Source of the DNA: Marsupella aquatica
Lineage: Eukaryota > Plantae > Marchantiophyta
Direction: 5' to 3'
Assembly: GCA_973895155.1 (NCBI GenBank)
Contig: OZ316893.1
Span: forward strand, 28,220,210 to 28,284,209
DNA: 64,000 nucleotides
This document shows, piece by piece, positions 48,373 to 62,000 of this stretch. The notes beneath the pieces are model-generated. The model was given only the letters and a program-made list of their open reading frames with translations. It made no database searches and was not told where the DNA came from. Within the stretch, counting starts at the first letter, position 1. Every line of letters begins with the position of its first letter. The position numbers were made by a program, and so were the translations under genes.

Positions 48373-51300
48373 TGTGGTGCGTCCCATGGCTCCCTAAACC
48401 CAAGAAACCCCCCAGCTCAAGCCGATTCCCGCAGGTTTCGCGCTTGGCGAGGCCGTTTCCGCGGCTTAGCGGCATGGGACGCTGCTAACCTTCTACTACT
48501 ACTGTTAACATTTTACACACATATACTGGACAGATCCTTCATCGGGTCATGAGATACGTAGCCGGCCTAATCTAGGCCTTCCCCTATCTTCCCCTCCGTC
48601 TTGTTAGGTATGTTTGGATTTCGCCGCCGGAATGATCCCCAATAGGCTTGGTTAAGCCGCTAAGACCTCTCTCAGCTCGACACATCCAACTCTCACTCCC
48701 CTGCTTACTTTCCTTCCTTCTGGTTGATGTGGGCACTCTTCACACAAGTTAATGCGACACACAAATAGCAAAATGACTCATTCTGACTGAGTCACACCAT
48801 GCACTTGCCATACAAACAGTACATCTCATACACAAGCTCTACGAACTAAGCCGTGAGGCCAACTCTATTCAGCTCTTAGGCATGAGGAAACATGAATATA
48901 CACAAGGGTCACTGTATGACTAACCGAGAGCTTCTCGTACTACTTGATCCCAGCCCGGCTGGTGCAAACTAAAAACTTGCTAAAGAAGAGGCCCTGAGCT
49001 CCCCGCTGCCCAGGTACTTATCCTGGTAGTGGATCCGCCATTCTTTGCATCGTAAGCCTAATCTACCTAACAGTAATCTACTTGCTCGAATCTACCTATG
49101 TACAGCAAGGCAGGAGCACAAGTGTTGCTCCTACCAGTGGAACCGCAATCCCACTAAGCTAAGTGTCAGGGCCGCTCCTGGTCCTGATCCTAATCCTAAA
49201 CTTGGAGATCAGCGCCCGCCCTGCCCACTCACACCTCCTCCCTCCACGTCCGCCCTCCCTAAAAGGAACGGCGCCCTTGCACCGTCACGACACCGGTGGA
49301 GGATCCTTAATGGACGCCCCCAACGCTTCCTCCTCAGCCACTGCCGTAGGTTCATTCTCTGACAGATTACCTGCCCTTGACTGAGTCAACTCTCCATCGG
49401 CCTGACTGGGTCCACCATCGGCGTCGGCATCGGCTCGGGAATCGGTTACGGCCTCAGCCTCGGCTACGGTCTCCCCGGCCTGCTCAAGAGGCGGATCTGG
49501 AATACCGGCCTCATTACTGAGTAGTTCGGCTTGGGTCGCACCACCCCCACCTGTGATGATAGCGGGATCTATTGCCGTATTCATGCCGGAGGATGGTGCT
49601 GGTTCTACCTCCTTGGTCACCACGGCTTGTGGAGTCGGATTACTCCTTGACCCTGAAGGTTTCCGCTTTTTCTTCTTTTCTGGTTTGGCAGCTGGTCCCT
49701 TCCCCTTCCCACTTACTTCCGGCACTGGTACAGGTGGCGCGGCTTTTTCTTCGGCCAGTACCACTCCTGGTAACTTGGTTGCCCCAATTGGAGTTGGGCC
49801 TGATGAAGATAAGCACTTAAATACTGCGGCTTGTTTCTTCAGCCGCTCCGTTTGGTTGTCGGCCCGCCGCTGGAGGTTCTCCATCTTCCTCGTGATTTCC
49901 TCCAACTCCTCCTGGGTCTCATCCAGGTCCTTGCACACCTCCTCTAGTTCCTTCTGGGCTTCCTCCCGTTCTTGTTTCAAGGTAGTCCTCTCCTCCCGGG
50001 TTGCTCTTAGCTCCTTGTCGAGCTCTGCAATGATGACAGACTCCATCTGGTTCATCTTGGCGTAAGTCTGATCGAGCATCTCGTCCTTCTCCCTTAGGTC
50101 GGCCTTGAAGCTGGCCGTCAGGGACGCAAGCTCCTGCTGCAGCGCCATAATCCCTTGATAGGATTTCCCTAACTCGGCCTCCTTCTGCTCAAGGGCTCCG
50201 CGGATTTTCTCGAGCTCCCCCTTCAACGCCCATTCCTTTCTTTGGGTCTCTGCCATGGCCCGGCTGTTGGCTGTTATGTGGGCCTCCTCTGTATTCTTCA
50301 GCTCTTGCTTCCACTTCTCCCTCTCTTTGATCGTGTCGGCCAACTCTCCCTGCGTCTGAGTCAGTTTATCCTTGATATTCTGATTATCAGCCTGCGCGGT
50401 GTCCAACTGCCCCTGCATGATGTTCAGCTCATGCCGTTTAATCCGCAGTTCATCTTGGGCTTTCTTGGCCGCCCTTAGATCTTCAATCTCGGCTTCCATC
50501 CTCCTAAGCCGCCGAATGACCTCGTCCTTCTTGCTTCTCTCTAAAGCCACCGCTTCTTCTAATTGGTGCTTCTCCAACTGCTCCCTATGGAAAAAGGGTC
50601 CTACCTCCAACTCCTCTCCAAAGATGCCGAGCGCAAGTTCCCCACACATCTCACCATACTCCATGGCTCTATTCTTAGCGTAGGTGGAGTAAGTAGAAGT
50701 GATCGGCATTGCCCATCGTGGCCTCTGCTCCCAAGCCGTCTTGCGGATCTCTTCAATCGTGGCTAGAGGTTTGCTTCCTTTTTTGGCTAGCCGCCTGATG
50801 TCCTCCGGCCAATCTCCTCCTGGTAAATCCTTTTCCCTAGCCAGGGCTGCCTCCTCTTCCTGCCTGATTCGCTCCTAAAATTCTTGCACCGTCTGTTTTA
50901 TGCCGTCAAAGCTCGAGGGAGCAACATCTGGTGGGGGAGACTCAGGGCTACTCTGCTGGTTGGGGTCCCCTCGCACTACCCTTGGAAGTGTGGGGACAAA
51001 CCGGCCACAGGTCCTTACTCCTGGAACGTGATGGTCCGACCCATAGCCGGAATTATCATGGCTGCAGTCCTCCACTGCCTCCTCTACTTCTTGGACGTCC
51101 GGCTTCTCCCTCTCCTCTTCGTCGGTAGGAGCTTCAGGCAATTCTGCCTCAGATTCGGAGCTTGAGATTCCCACATACATTCGAACACCTGGCTTGGATT
51201 CCGGCTTGATTCTCTCCTTGTCTCCAGCAAAGGGGTTTTCTCTTGTGAGCCGGTGTAGGCCTACCTCTGTAGTAGTGTCCTGCATTGTTGCCGTTGCCGT

Positions 51301-53035
51301 TGTTGTTGCCGATGCCGATTTCTTTTCTTTCTCCAGTAGTTTCAGCAGACTCTGCATGCCTGGTTGCTGCATCAGCAAGTCCTCCTTCCTGGGCCTAAAC
51401 ACCTGCTCGATTGTAGGGCTAACAGGTGGTTGAGGCTTCTCAGCCAACGGCCTCGGCGTTGGAGCTTCCTCGGGTGCCCTTACCTGCAGGGGAAGTACTG
51501 GGGCAAAAGTCTGACCTCTGGCATACCGGCACAACAGCGGCATGTGATAGCCAAGCCGCGACACGCTCCCCATGCCGATTACCTGCTGCTCCTCCTTTAA
51601 GATCTTCTTCAATTGGTTGAGGAGGTACCCGTTGTAGTCCCGGCTTGGGTCTGGCCTTTCTGCCAGATAGACCTGTGCCTTGCCGATCTCTGCCCTCGGC
51701 AAGTTACAATGCATGGTCACCCGCAAGAAGTCGATCATCTCTCCTATGTGCGGGTTTGTGCAGGTGTTCCGGAAGAAGCCATTCTTCGTTGATGGCCCGG
51801 GGAACGACCGGAACTCCTTGTCAGGCAAGGTCTTCCTGGTATCAACTTTGGTCTTATTGCCTATCGGCAAGCCAAACACTTCGGCAATTACCTTGGGAGT
51901 AAGATAGAAATCCTTCCCATATATTCTCGTGCAATTGGTCTCGGGTTCCCATGACCCCACGAATTCTAATAGGTCTGACTCCGGTACCTCCGGCTTCAGC
52001 CATGGTAATCTTACAAAGGCCTCTAAGCCGGATCCGGCCATGAAGCCTTGGTACTTCTTGGTCTACATGGCCGTAAAGCATGCATCCTCCTCCCGTGCAA
52101 AATGTAGTTGCACCTCCACCGGTAGGGTTGCCGCCCAGCCCTTCCAGGTGTCATCCCTGGTTGGAATGGCCTTGATGGGATCGACCTCCTCCTCTTCGGC
52201 TTCTCCCTGCCTCCTGCTCTGCTGCTCGGCTGGCTTCTTTGGTGCCGCCGACCTCGTTCTTTTTTCCGGGGTGGCTTCATCGTTGACGGCTCCCTTCCTC
52301 TTCATCTCTGCTGCCGTGGAGGTTTCTCCTAGCACCGTTGCCTGGGTCCACCTTTCCGTGCTACCCTTTAATTCCCAGTGTATGTCGTTGCAGTTCTTGA
52401 TGGCCTCTCGGATGCCGACGACGCTGTCTTTGCAAAACAGAAGATCGTCGAGTTGATTGGAGGTAGGCGTCCACAGGAACTCGTCCTTGATGAGTTCGCC
52501 TCCTAAGAAAGCCGTCTTTTGCAGCTCCCACAATCGAGCGAGCTCCTGCCGTTCTCGAGCTGCCCTTTCTGATTCCTCGTCCTCGTAAGTCTTGATGTAC
52601 TCAGTTGCCCGTTCGAGCAGGCATCCCCAGAAATGTGCCGCTTGATTGATGTTGCTCATACCCTCCTTAGGTCGATCGTCGGTATCTACTCTCTCCCCGA
52701 GTGCTTGCCTAAGCAGTTGACAGTAGTTGGCCTCCCGTAGTCGTCTGCCTAGTTCGTGCTCGCAAATGAGCCACCATCTCCTGCAAGCGCTCCTTACCCC
52801 TCTCCTTTGCCGGTCCTTCTTCCCGTTGATCCTTCCTAGCCGCCGACGCTTAACGCGCCCTAACCCTAATCGAGTTTTCACCCTCAGCGTCCTTACCTCC
52901 GGCCTCGGCCCGGGTTCCATGGTTGCCCCTAATGGTTTATATTTTTCTTGTTTTGTCCCTATACTAAGGTGTTCCTAGGGTGCCTTCCTGCTTTACCCAC
53001 TTAACTGGCCGAGTGATTCCTGTCTAGGCATCACA
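48373..53035 (-). mobile_element. Family-A unit, copy A3 (4663 bp); flanks do not form a TSD
   Basis: Ends TGTGGTGC...GCATCACA match A2 in reverse; left flank TCCAT, right flank CCACT. Confidence 0.92.
49285..52920 (-). pseudogene. Family-A ORF in A3 (1211 aa, only two premature stops)
   Basis: ORFs 52063-52920, 50875-52041 and 49285-50709 are in one frame; both stops are TAG where A2 has CAG. Confidence 0.9.
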
Positions 53036-54471
53036 CCACTCACGCCTCCTCCCTCCATGTCTGCCCTCCCTAAAAGGAGCAGCCCTCCACCACCGTCATT
53101 GCAGCGGTGGCTGATCCTCAATGGATGCCCCCAATGGTTCCTCCGCAGCCACTGCCGCAGGCCCGTCCTTTGACAGATTACCTGCCCCAGACTAAGTCAA
53201 CTCTCCCGTGGCATGACCAAGTCCACCCTTGGCTTTGACTTCATCTTTGGCTTTGGCTTCCCCGGCCTGCTCCAGTGGTTGACCCGCCACCATGGCTTCA
53301 TCAATGGTTGTCCCGGCCTCGGCCTTGCCATCCCCGCCTTCTAGGATAGTTGAAACCTCTATTGTGACCTTGCCTGAGGCCGCTGAGGCCGGTGCCATGC
53401 TCTCCTCCTTGGTTATGGTGCCCTGAGAAGCCGCGTTGCTCCCTGACCCGGAAGGTTTTCGCTTCTTCTTCTTCTCTTGTTTGGCAACTGGTCCCTTCCC
53501 CTTGCCAATTATCTTTGACACCCGCGAGGGTGCCGCGGCTTGTCTTTCGGCCAGTACTACCCCTAGCAACCTTGTTGCCACAATTGGAGATTGAACTAGT
53601 GAGGCCAAGCACTTCAACACTGCAGCTTGTTTCTTCAACCGCTCTGTTTGGTTGTCGGCCCGCCGTTGTAAGTTCTCCACCTTCCGCATGCTTTCCTCCA
53701 ATTCCTCCTGCGTCTTGTTCAGATTCCCGTGCGCCTACTCTAGCTCCTTCTGTGCTTCCTCCAATTCCTTTTGTAAGGCAGCCCTCTCCTCCTGGGTTGC
53801 TCTCAGCTCCTTGTCGAGCTCTTGGACAACCTCAAACTCCATCTGGTTCATCTTGGCGTAAGTCTGATCAATCATATTGTCCTTCTTACACAGGCCGGCC
53901 TTGAAGTTGGCCGTAAGGGATGCAAGCTCTTGCTGCAACACACTAATCCCTTGATAGGACTTCCCTAACTTGGCCTCCTTCTACTCAAAGGCTCTACGAA
54001 GACCCTCAAGTTCCCGGCCCCTTCAGTACGCTCTCCTTCCTCTGCGTTTCCGCCATGGCCTGATTGCTGGCTGTCATGTGGGCCTCCTCTGCGTCCTTCA
54101 GCTCCCACTCCCGCTTCCATTTCTCCTTTTCCTTGACCGCGTTGGCCAACTCCCCTTGGTCCGAGTCAGTTTATCCTTGATAATCTGGTTATCAACCTGA
54201 GCTGTATCCACTTGCCCCTGCATGATGTTGAGCTCATGCCTCTTAATCTGCAGCTCATCTTGGGCCTTCTTGGCCGCCTTTAGGTCTTCTGCCTTGGCTT
54301 CCTTCTCCCTAAGCCGACGGATGACCTTGTTCTTCTTCATCCTTTCCAAAGCCACCATTTCCTCCAATCGGCTTTTATCCAACATCTCCCTCTGGATAAA
54401 GGGTCCCTGCTCCAACTCCTCCCCAAAGATGTTGAGCGCAAGTTCTTCACACATCTTCCCATACTCCATGG
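53036..54471 (-). mobile_element. Family-A fragment A4 (diverged; coiled-coil region only)
   Basis: MEYGKMCEELAL..., ENLQRRADNQTERLKKQAAV; starts at CCACT, homologous to A3 at ~49225; homology ends at ~54472. Confidence 0.85.
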
Positions 54472-54476
54472 CAAAT

Positions 54477-57400
54477 TGTCACGTCGTAGGCTTCGGCCTT
54501 AACTCAGACTTCAGCTTAGACGGGCACATCCCTCGTAAATCTGAGGGTTCGGGCAGGAAGGGAAGCACGTAATGCACCTTATTCTCGTAAACTAGCGCTA
54601 AGTGCGCATACTGCTAAATACGGACACCTCCTAGGTATGGTTTGTGTTCCACCGCCGGAATGTACCTTAGTCGATAGCAGGATCGACCCCGGCTTAAGGG
54701 CTTCTAAGCCTTTGTGCTGTCCGCCTTCGATCCGGATTCGATGATACAGGTCCTCAACCCGTGCTCGCAACCACTTACCCGCAGGCTGCACCCTGTGCAC
54801 GTCTCGGGTAGTGCGTTCGGCCCGGTGCTGCCACCCATATACGAGAAACCCACACACATATGCGCACACATGCATACAATCTCGATTTACACGAAGGAAA
54901 AATGATGGGAAAGGATTTTACTACAAAGGGAACATATGCGTACACTTAGTTGACACGACAGCCCTGGAATGCACAGGTTCAAGGCCGAGGGTGCACACTA
55001 CAACGGAGCCCGGCTCTGCACTCTCCCGACGAGCTTAGTCCTACCCCCTCCCCTTGGTACTCTGTCATTCCCAGAGGTCGGGACTCCCCGCATGTCCCGC
55101 GGATGTCCGACTCTGAAACTAAAAACCCCCCCTCCTGCCTCTACCGAGGGGTGCACTAAATACTAAGAGCCGAGGAACGGGGTGTCCTCTCACCGAAGAT
55201 TTGCTGACTAAGGTCCTAACTAAGCTGACAGTCAGGCCGGAAAACGGCTGTGTCTTATTAGAAGATCCTAATTTACGCAGGCTGGACAGCAGGGCAACGC
55301 TGCTGTACCTAAGGCAGGTGCCTGTCCCAAGAGCCTGACTAAGCCAATCCTAATCCTAATCTATTCCTACTCCGCCGCTAATGCCTGGCACGCTTGCCAG
55401 AGCCGCCCGAATGGGAACGGCCATCCCGCTGCCTTCGAAGCCTGTCATTGTCCGCTTTGAGGAGCTGGACCTGGTCCAGCAGAGATTCGTTCTCTCGCCT
55501 CATCGCGTCCGTCTCCTCTGCTGCCTCCTGACATGCCTCCTCCAGCTGTTGGGCGTCGCTCGTCAGTTTACCCGCCAGCTGGTCCTGCTTCTCGGCCTCG
55601 GTTTGGAGCCGCGCCATCTCGGCCTGCAGCGTGGCTATCTCCATCGTGTCCCGCTAGGCTCGCTCCTCGGCCTCCTCCAGGTCTTTCTGCCAGGTGACAG
55701 CTTGTTTCTTCAAATTGTCAATCTGGTTCCGGAGTCGTGTAATCTCGGCCTCGTTCCCAGCTTTGGCCTGTTCGGCTAGGGCGGTAAGAGCGTACACCTT
55801 TGCTAACAACTCATCGGCGGCTGCAACCTTGGGTCGTAGTTGCAGAATCTCAGCCTCTTGAGCCGCCACTTCGTTCTTTAGGTACACGGACTCCACCCGG
55901 TACCGCTCTATCCTCTGAAGGGCCTCCGACTGGGCCCGACCTGCCTTTACGGCGGCAACCAACTCCTGATTGAAGAAATAGGCTACCTTCCGGGCCATGA
56001 ACTCCCCGGTATCCCGGGCAATTTGATGAGAGAAATCTCCCAGAAGCCCGTTCAGAAACGTACCCTGTACGAAGAGTTCCGGGTGGTCCAAGTTGTGCCT
56101 GTCCGAATTTGGGCACAGGCAGACATCAACACGCGCAGGGGCCGGGGCAGTGACGTCCAGCCCTGGGGACATAACGTTGGAAGGGGCTGGAGTGTCCTCC
56201 TGCAGCGATGTCCGGTTCTCCGGAATTGCCACCGGCGGGTCCTTGGGAGACCCGGGTTTGGGTAAGACCTCTGCCGTACCAACTTCTGTACTTAGCCTGG
56301 CTAGTTGGGTCGCATCAACGGTTGCGACGACTGACCCCTCCGGCACCTCCTCGGTTACGATTACAGCTATTTGTGGAGGTGGGGTGGGTGAAGCTGGCGT
56401 GTCCACTGGACTTCAGGCCTCGGGTTGGGGCCGTCTCTCCAATGCCGGAAAAACCCACCTAGCTGGGACCAGCTTTGTAACGTTGATGCGGGGAAGGGTT
56501 CGTCGATCAAACTGGGCGTACCACTCAAGAATGATTTCGATGTGGCTAGTGAAATACGCCTTCCCGCCAATGTACAGCGTCTTCCTTCGCCGCTCCATCT
56601 CTTCATGGAATTTCTTAGCGAAGTACGACGCCCATTTCCTAGGTCGATAGTTCTCGACCTGGATAACCTGGGCGGCGGAGATCTCCCCCCGGGGTTCCGA
56701 GAGCGTACCTCTGGAACTCCAGCCGCTCAGCTATCTCGGGCATGAGGCAGGTCCTCATCACGAACCCGTTGTCTACTGATCCCTCTGAGGGAAAACTTGA
56801 AGATTGGTACTTGGCCCCCTTGCCCCCGAGAGCCCGTGATTCGACTCGATGGTCACCTTCGGGTAACCCGAAGATCATCCTGAGCCGTTCTTCTGTGAGG
56901 GACATATTCCTTCCCCGCAGCCGAGTCTGTTGACGTACGTCATCATAATTCTTGACGAATTTTGTCATGTCCTCCCCGTAGTACCTGCAAGTGTTCCAGG
57001 GGAGAGAGGCGAGGTGCTCAAATCCCTGAGTCTTCAGGTACACCGCATGCTTGGGATGGAGGATGTTGCTGTGAACGTTTTCCCCCATGCGATGCATCGT
57101 CACCTTGGCCACGGCTACCGTGGCCAACGGTAACCCGGATGCAGTGGCGGATTCCTTCCTCTTCTTTCCCCGTGACTGACTCGGGGAAGGTGATACTTCC
57201 CCATCCTCCCGATCGGGCCTGGGGAGTGCCACTGCGGTTGGTAACGGGCCCGGGGCGGCCACGGTCACCATGTTGTCTGCTGCGGCCGCTCCTGGGGTCA
57301 GAGCAGGGGGTGGGGACGATATAGTGTCGGCCCCCCGAGCGCTTGTTCCTCTGGGCCGCCTGGTCAAGGGTGGGGTAGCCTCATCGTCATCGCTAAGATC

Positions 57401-58472
57401 CACAGCGTTGATGACGGAGCGTACCTGTGCTGGCTGGGTGATAGGTGGTGGGTTTTGGCTAGGCTGCGGCTGAGGCTGAGGCTGGGGTTGCATGGGCACG
57501 GGTACGGGTACGGGTACGGGCCCGGCTGAGTTGGTCATGTTGGTTGATGGCCGAGTTCCCATGAAGCTCTGCAGGTGCTGGTAGAAGTTCTCCGAAGCGA
57601 GTGCGGACGCCCTTGTCGAACGGTTGGTACTGGACTCGCCGTTAATGACAGCCCGAACCTGGGCAGGGATGTGGTCGAAGTGATGTCACTGCAGGTCGAT
57701 TGTACCCGGGATATTGAAGACCTCGTCCGGAAGCCGAAGCAATGCTTCCCAGAACCCGATATATTTGTCTCCGTTGAAGAAGTACCCAGATACCTCAGCT
57801 GGTCGGTAAAGCTCGCTCTGAGACGGGTAGTCAAAGTTAAGGACATAGTGGTGTCGTCCTGCTAGGCGGATGGCTCTCTCGTATTCGCGTTCGATCTCGT
57901 ATCGGCGCGGGTTGGCGTGTTTCAATGAATCGGCCAAGTGCCTTCCGGTAGATAGGAACTGCGTCTAGAATCGAATGGCCGAGCTGGAGAGGATCGTGTG
58001 CGACATTCAGAGGAGATAGTAGTGGCGACCTAGAGAGAACGAGAGAGCTGGGGTCGAAGCTGGCGCGCGGACTGATGGACTGGTGCACTACAAAGGGTTG
58101 GCTCCCCTTTTATACTTTGAGGGCTTGTCGATCCCCGACGTCTCCTCGACGCCCATAGGTTGAACCGCTCACGCTTGTGGTGTACCGGCCACTCCGCCGG
58201 TCTGAGTCAGCGTGCATCAGTGGCCGCTTCCTTAAGTTCGTTATACGGACCCGAGGGAGGGGCCCCTCCACGCTCGTAACCCGGGTGTGCGAATAGCGAC
58301 CCGCCGCCAGCCCGAACCTGAAGTCCCCCTTATTGCCTAATGATGTCCTACCCCTAATGATTACCTAAATACTGTCGTTATGCTAATAATAGCAGCCTAA
58401 GACCCATCTAACGCGCGTGCCGAGTGCAGTTAGACTGAATCACTCATTAACCGCCGTACCGGCAGCGTCACA
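54477..58472 (-). mobile_element. Family-B unit, copy B3 (3996 bp), very similar to B2
   Basis: Ends TGTCACGT...GCGTCACA; TSD CAAAT at 54472-54476 and 58473-58477. Confidence 0.94.
55378..58006 (-). pseudogene. Family-B ORF in B3
   Basis: Collinear with the B2 ORF; stops plus a small frameshifting deletion near 56700. Confidence 0.87.
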
Positions 58473-59013
58473 CAAATTACTAATTGATTTCAGGATGTGT
58501 TTGCATGGAGCCACCAAGACCTGAAGGGAGTAGACCCAAAATTAGGAGAACACCAAATTGATCTAATGTTAGGGGCCAAATTGTTTAGACAACCAATTCG
58601 AAGGATGAACCCTAAGTATTCCCTGATGGTCAAAGCTGAAATTGACAAGCTAGTGGAAGCCGGATTCATCACTCTAGTCCTACATTCACACTGGGTGTCT
58701 CCAATTGTGATAGTTCCCAAGAAAGCTGGACCCGATGGTAAACCCAAGATCCGGGTTTGTTAGGATTATAGGAAGCTAAATGAAGCTACGTTGAAGGATC
58801 ATTTTCCTTTACCCTTTACTGATATGGTGCTAGACATGGTAGCCAGTCATGAACTATATTCATTCATGGATGGGTACTCTGGTTATAACCAAATCAGGAT
58901 TAGGCAGGAAGACCAAATCAAGACAACCTTCATCACGGAATGGGGCATCTATGTCTTCAATCGTATGTTGTTTGGACTCTATAACGCACCAGCTTTGTTC
59001 CAAAGATTGATGG

Positions 59014-62000
59014 TGTGACGCCGCCAGCACGGCAGTTAATGATTGATTTGGCCTAGCCGTGCTTAGCATGCTCATTAGGGGCACCATAGGCCGTAGTTAT
59101 TAGCATAATGACACTAAGTAGGTAGTACTTATGACTAGGGAATCATTAGTTAATAAGGGGCATATACGTTCGGGATGGCGGCGGAGCGCCATTCGTACTC
59201 TCGGGTTACGAGCGTGTAAGGGGACACTTCGGGTCCGTATAGCAAATTCTTGGAGGCGGCTGCTGACACGCTTTGAACCGGACTGCAAGTGGCCAGTACA
59301 CTATGAGCGTGAAAAGCTCGGCCTATAGGAAGGGAGGAGGGGCCAGTTGAACAATGAGCCCTCAAAGTATAAAAGGAGGGCCGCATTACACCCACACTCC
59401 ATTCCGCGCACCAGCTTCGACCTCAGCTACTTTGTCCCTCCTTAGTCGCCCACCGTCACTCCTGGATTTCTGTCACAATATTGTCTAGTTTGGCCCTTCG
59501 ATTTTGGCTACAATTCCTATCCATAGGGAGTCACTTAGCCAAGTCCTTAGCCAAAGTTAACCCACGCCAATACGAGACCAAGCAAGCTTACAAGAGAGCC
59601 ATTTGCTTAGTCGGCCGTAATCACTATAATGGCAACTTCGACCTCCCTTTTCAGAGTGAGCTTTGCCGAGTCGACAAAATCAGCAAGTACTTCTTTGTAG
59701 ACAAGAAGTACGTCGGGTTCCGGGAAGCGCTTCTTTGGCTTCCAGACAAGGTTTACCATCTCCTAGGCATGATAGACTTGCAGCCGCACCACTACGACCA
59801 TATCCTCGCCCAGGTTCAAGCCTCCATAGATATTCGGTTCGGCCCTGCCCGAACAAGCGAGGCTCCTATCTTAACATCACTCAACTTCCCCAGGGATTTC
59901 CTGAATCTAATGGCTCCTCCCCCAGCTGCAACTGGCGCCCACCCATCCGTATCCGTGCCAACACCACCTCGGCCTCAGCCAAGCCGATCTCCACCACTGG
60001 TCGCACCACCTCTCTGAATGCGGTGAACATTAGTTCGAAGACGAGGAGGCCCATCCTCCCCTGAATCGGCGGCCCCGGGGTACAAATCAGCATGCGCCTG
60101 TCAACCTGGCGCCACTCCCACAAGCCCAAGGGGACAACACGGTGACTGTAGCAGCTCCTGCACCGATACTCACGGCGGTAGCGCTACCGCCACCTGATAG
60201 GGAGGATGGGGAATTGTCCCCCTCTACAAATCACCCCGGGAATCAATCCCGGGGAAGGAAGAGGAAAGAACCCGCAGCCGTATCCGGGCTGCCGTTGGCC
60301 ACGGTTGCGGTGGTCAAGCTGACCATGCATCGCATGGGGGAGAATGTTCACAAGAACATCCTCTACCCCAAGCATGCATGCTACCTGAAGACCCAAGGGT
60401 TTGAGCACCTCACCTCTCTCCCTTGGAATGGAAGCAGGTACCCTTGGAATGGAAGCAGGTACTATGGGCAGGATATGACGGAGTTCATTCAAAACTTTGA
60501 TGAGACCCGCCAACAAACCCGAGCGCACGGGAGAGTGATGTGTCTCAATGAGGCACGTTTGAAGATGATTTTTGGCCTACCCGAGGGGATAAACCGGGTA
60601 GAGTCGCGGGCTCTTGGGGGCAAGGGAGCTAAATACTAGTCCTCTAGCTTCCCGACCGAGGGAGCAGTGGACAACGGATTCTTGATGAGGACGTGCCTCA
60701 TCCCGGAGGTAGTAGAACGCCTGGAGTTCCAGCGGTCTGCCTCCACATGATGGAACCGCGGGGTGAAATATCCGCCGCCCAGGTGATACAAGTAGAGAAC
60801 TTTTGGCCTAGGAAGTGGGCGTCCTTCATCAAGAAATTCCATGAGGAGATGGAGCGGAGAAGGAAGACCTTATACCTTGCAAAAAGGCGTACTTCGCAAG
60901 CCACATTGAGATCATCATCGAGTGGTACGCCCATTTTGACTGCTGTAGCCTCCCACGCATCAACAAGCCCGAGCTGACCCCATCAAAGTGGGTGTTCCCA
61001 GCTCAGGAGAGGCAACCGCAGCCTGAGGCCCAAAACCTGATTGTCGCAAGACCTGCTTCCCCGACCCTGCCACCAGCCGCTACCGCCCCGCCAAGCATAC
61101 CCGTGGACGTAGTCATCACGACCTTGGAAGCAATCAACCGGGTCAACGCAATCAAAGTCGGGCTGGCTGAGGCCAGACCCAAACCCGATACTATGGCGGC
61201 CGAGGAGATCCCGCCACCCCCCACGGCTGTGCAAGAGAACCGCTCAGTGGAACCAGCCCCTTTGACCGACTTACCTCAAGGGCTAGATGTTTCCACTCCT
61301 ACTCCCGCGCGGGCTGGAGTCTGCCCGTGCCCGAATCCAGATGGGCATAGTCTGGACCACTCGGAACTCTTTGCGCCGGGCACGTTTTTGAACGGGTTGT
61401 TGGGAGATTTCTCTCAACAAATCGCACAGGATACCAGGGAATACATGGCACAAAAGGTGGCCTACTTCTTCAACCAGGAGTTGGTTGCGACTATAAAGGC
61501 AAGACATGTGCAGGCTGAAATAGCGCAGAGAATAGAGCGATACCGGGTTGAGTCTGCCTACCTGAAGGACGAAGTGGCGGCCCTAGAGACTGAACTCCAA
61601 CGACTGCGACCTCAGGTAACGGCCACAGAGGATCAGGTTGTCGAGGCCAGAGCCCGGGCAGCCTTAGCAGAGCAGGCCGGGCTCGAAAAAGATGCCGAGA
61701 TCGCACGGCTTTGGACCAAGATTGATAGTTTGAAGGGACAAGCCTTCATTTGGCAGAAGGATCTGGAGGAAGCTGACTCTCGGTCTCAACGAGATGCAAC
61801 CGAGATTGACACCCTAAAGATAGAGGTGGCGCGGCTTCAAGGAGAAGCCACAAATCAGGCCCAGTTGGTGGATAAACTGACGAGCAACGTCCAGCAACTG
61901 GAGGAGGCATGCCAGGAGACCGTAGAGGAGATGGATGCGGCAAAGCGAGAGAATGAATCTCTGCTGGATCAGGTCCAACTACTCCAGCAGGATGCCGACA

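Noticed and set aside
54465-54469. TCCAT as the missing TSD partner of A3 (48368-48372)
   Set aside because: It is ordinary internal family-A coding sequence and is not next to a TG/CA terminus.
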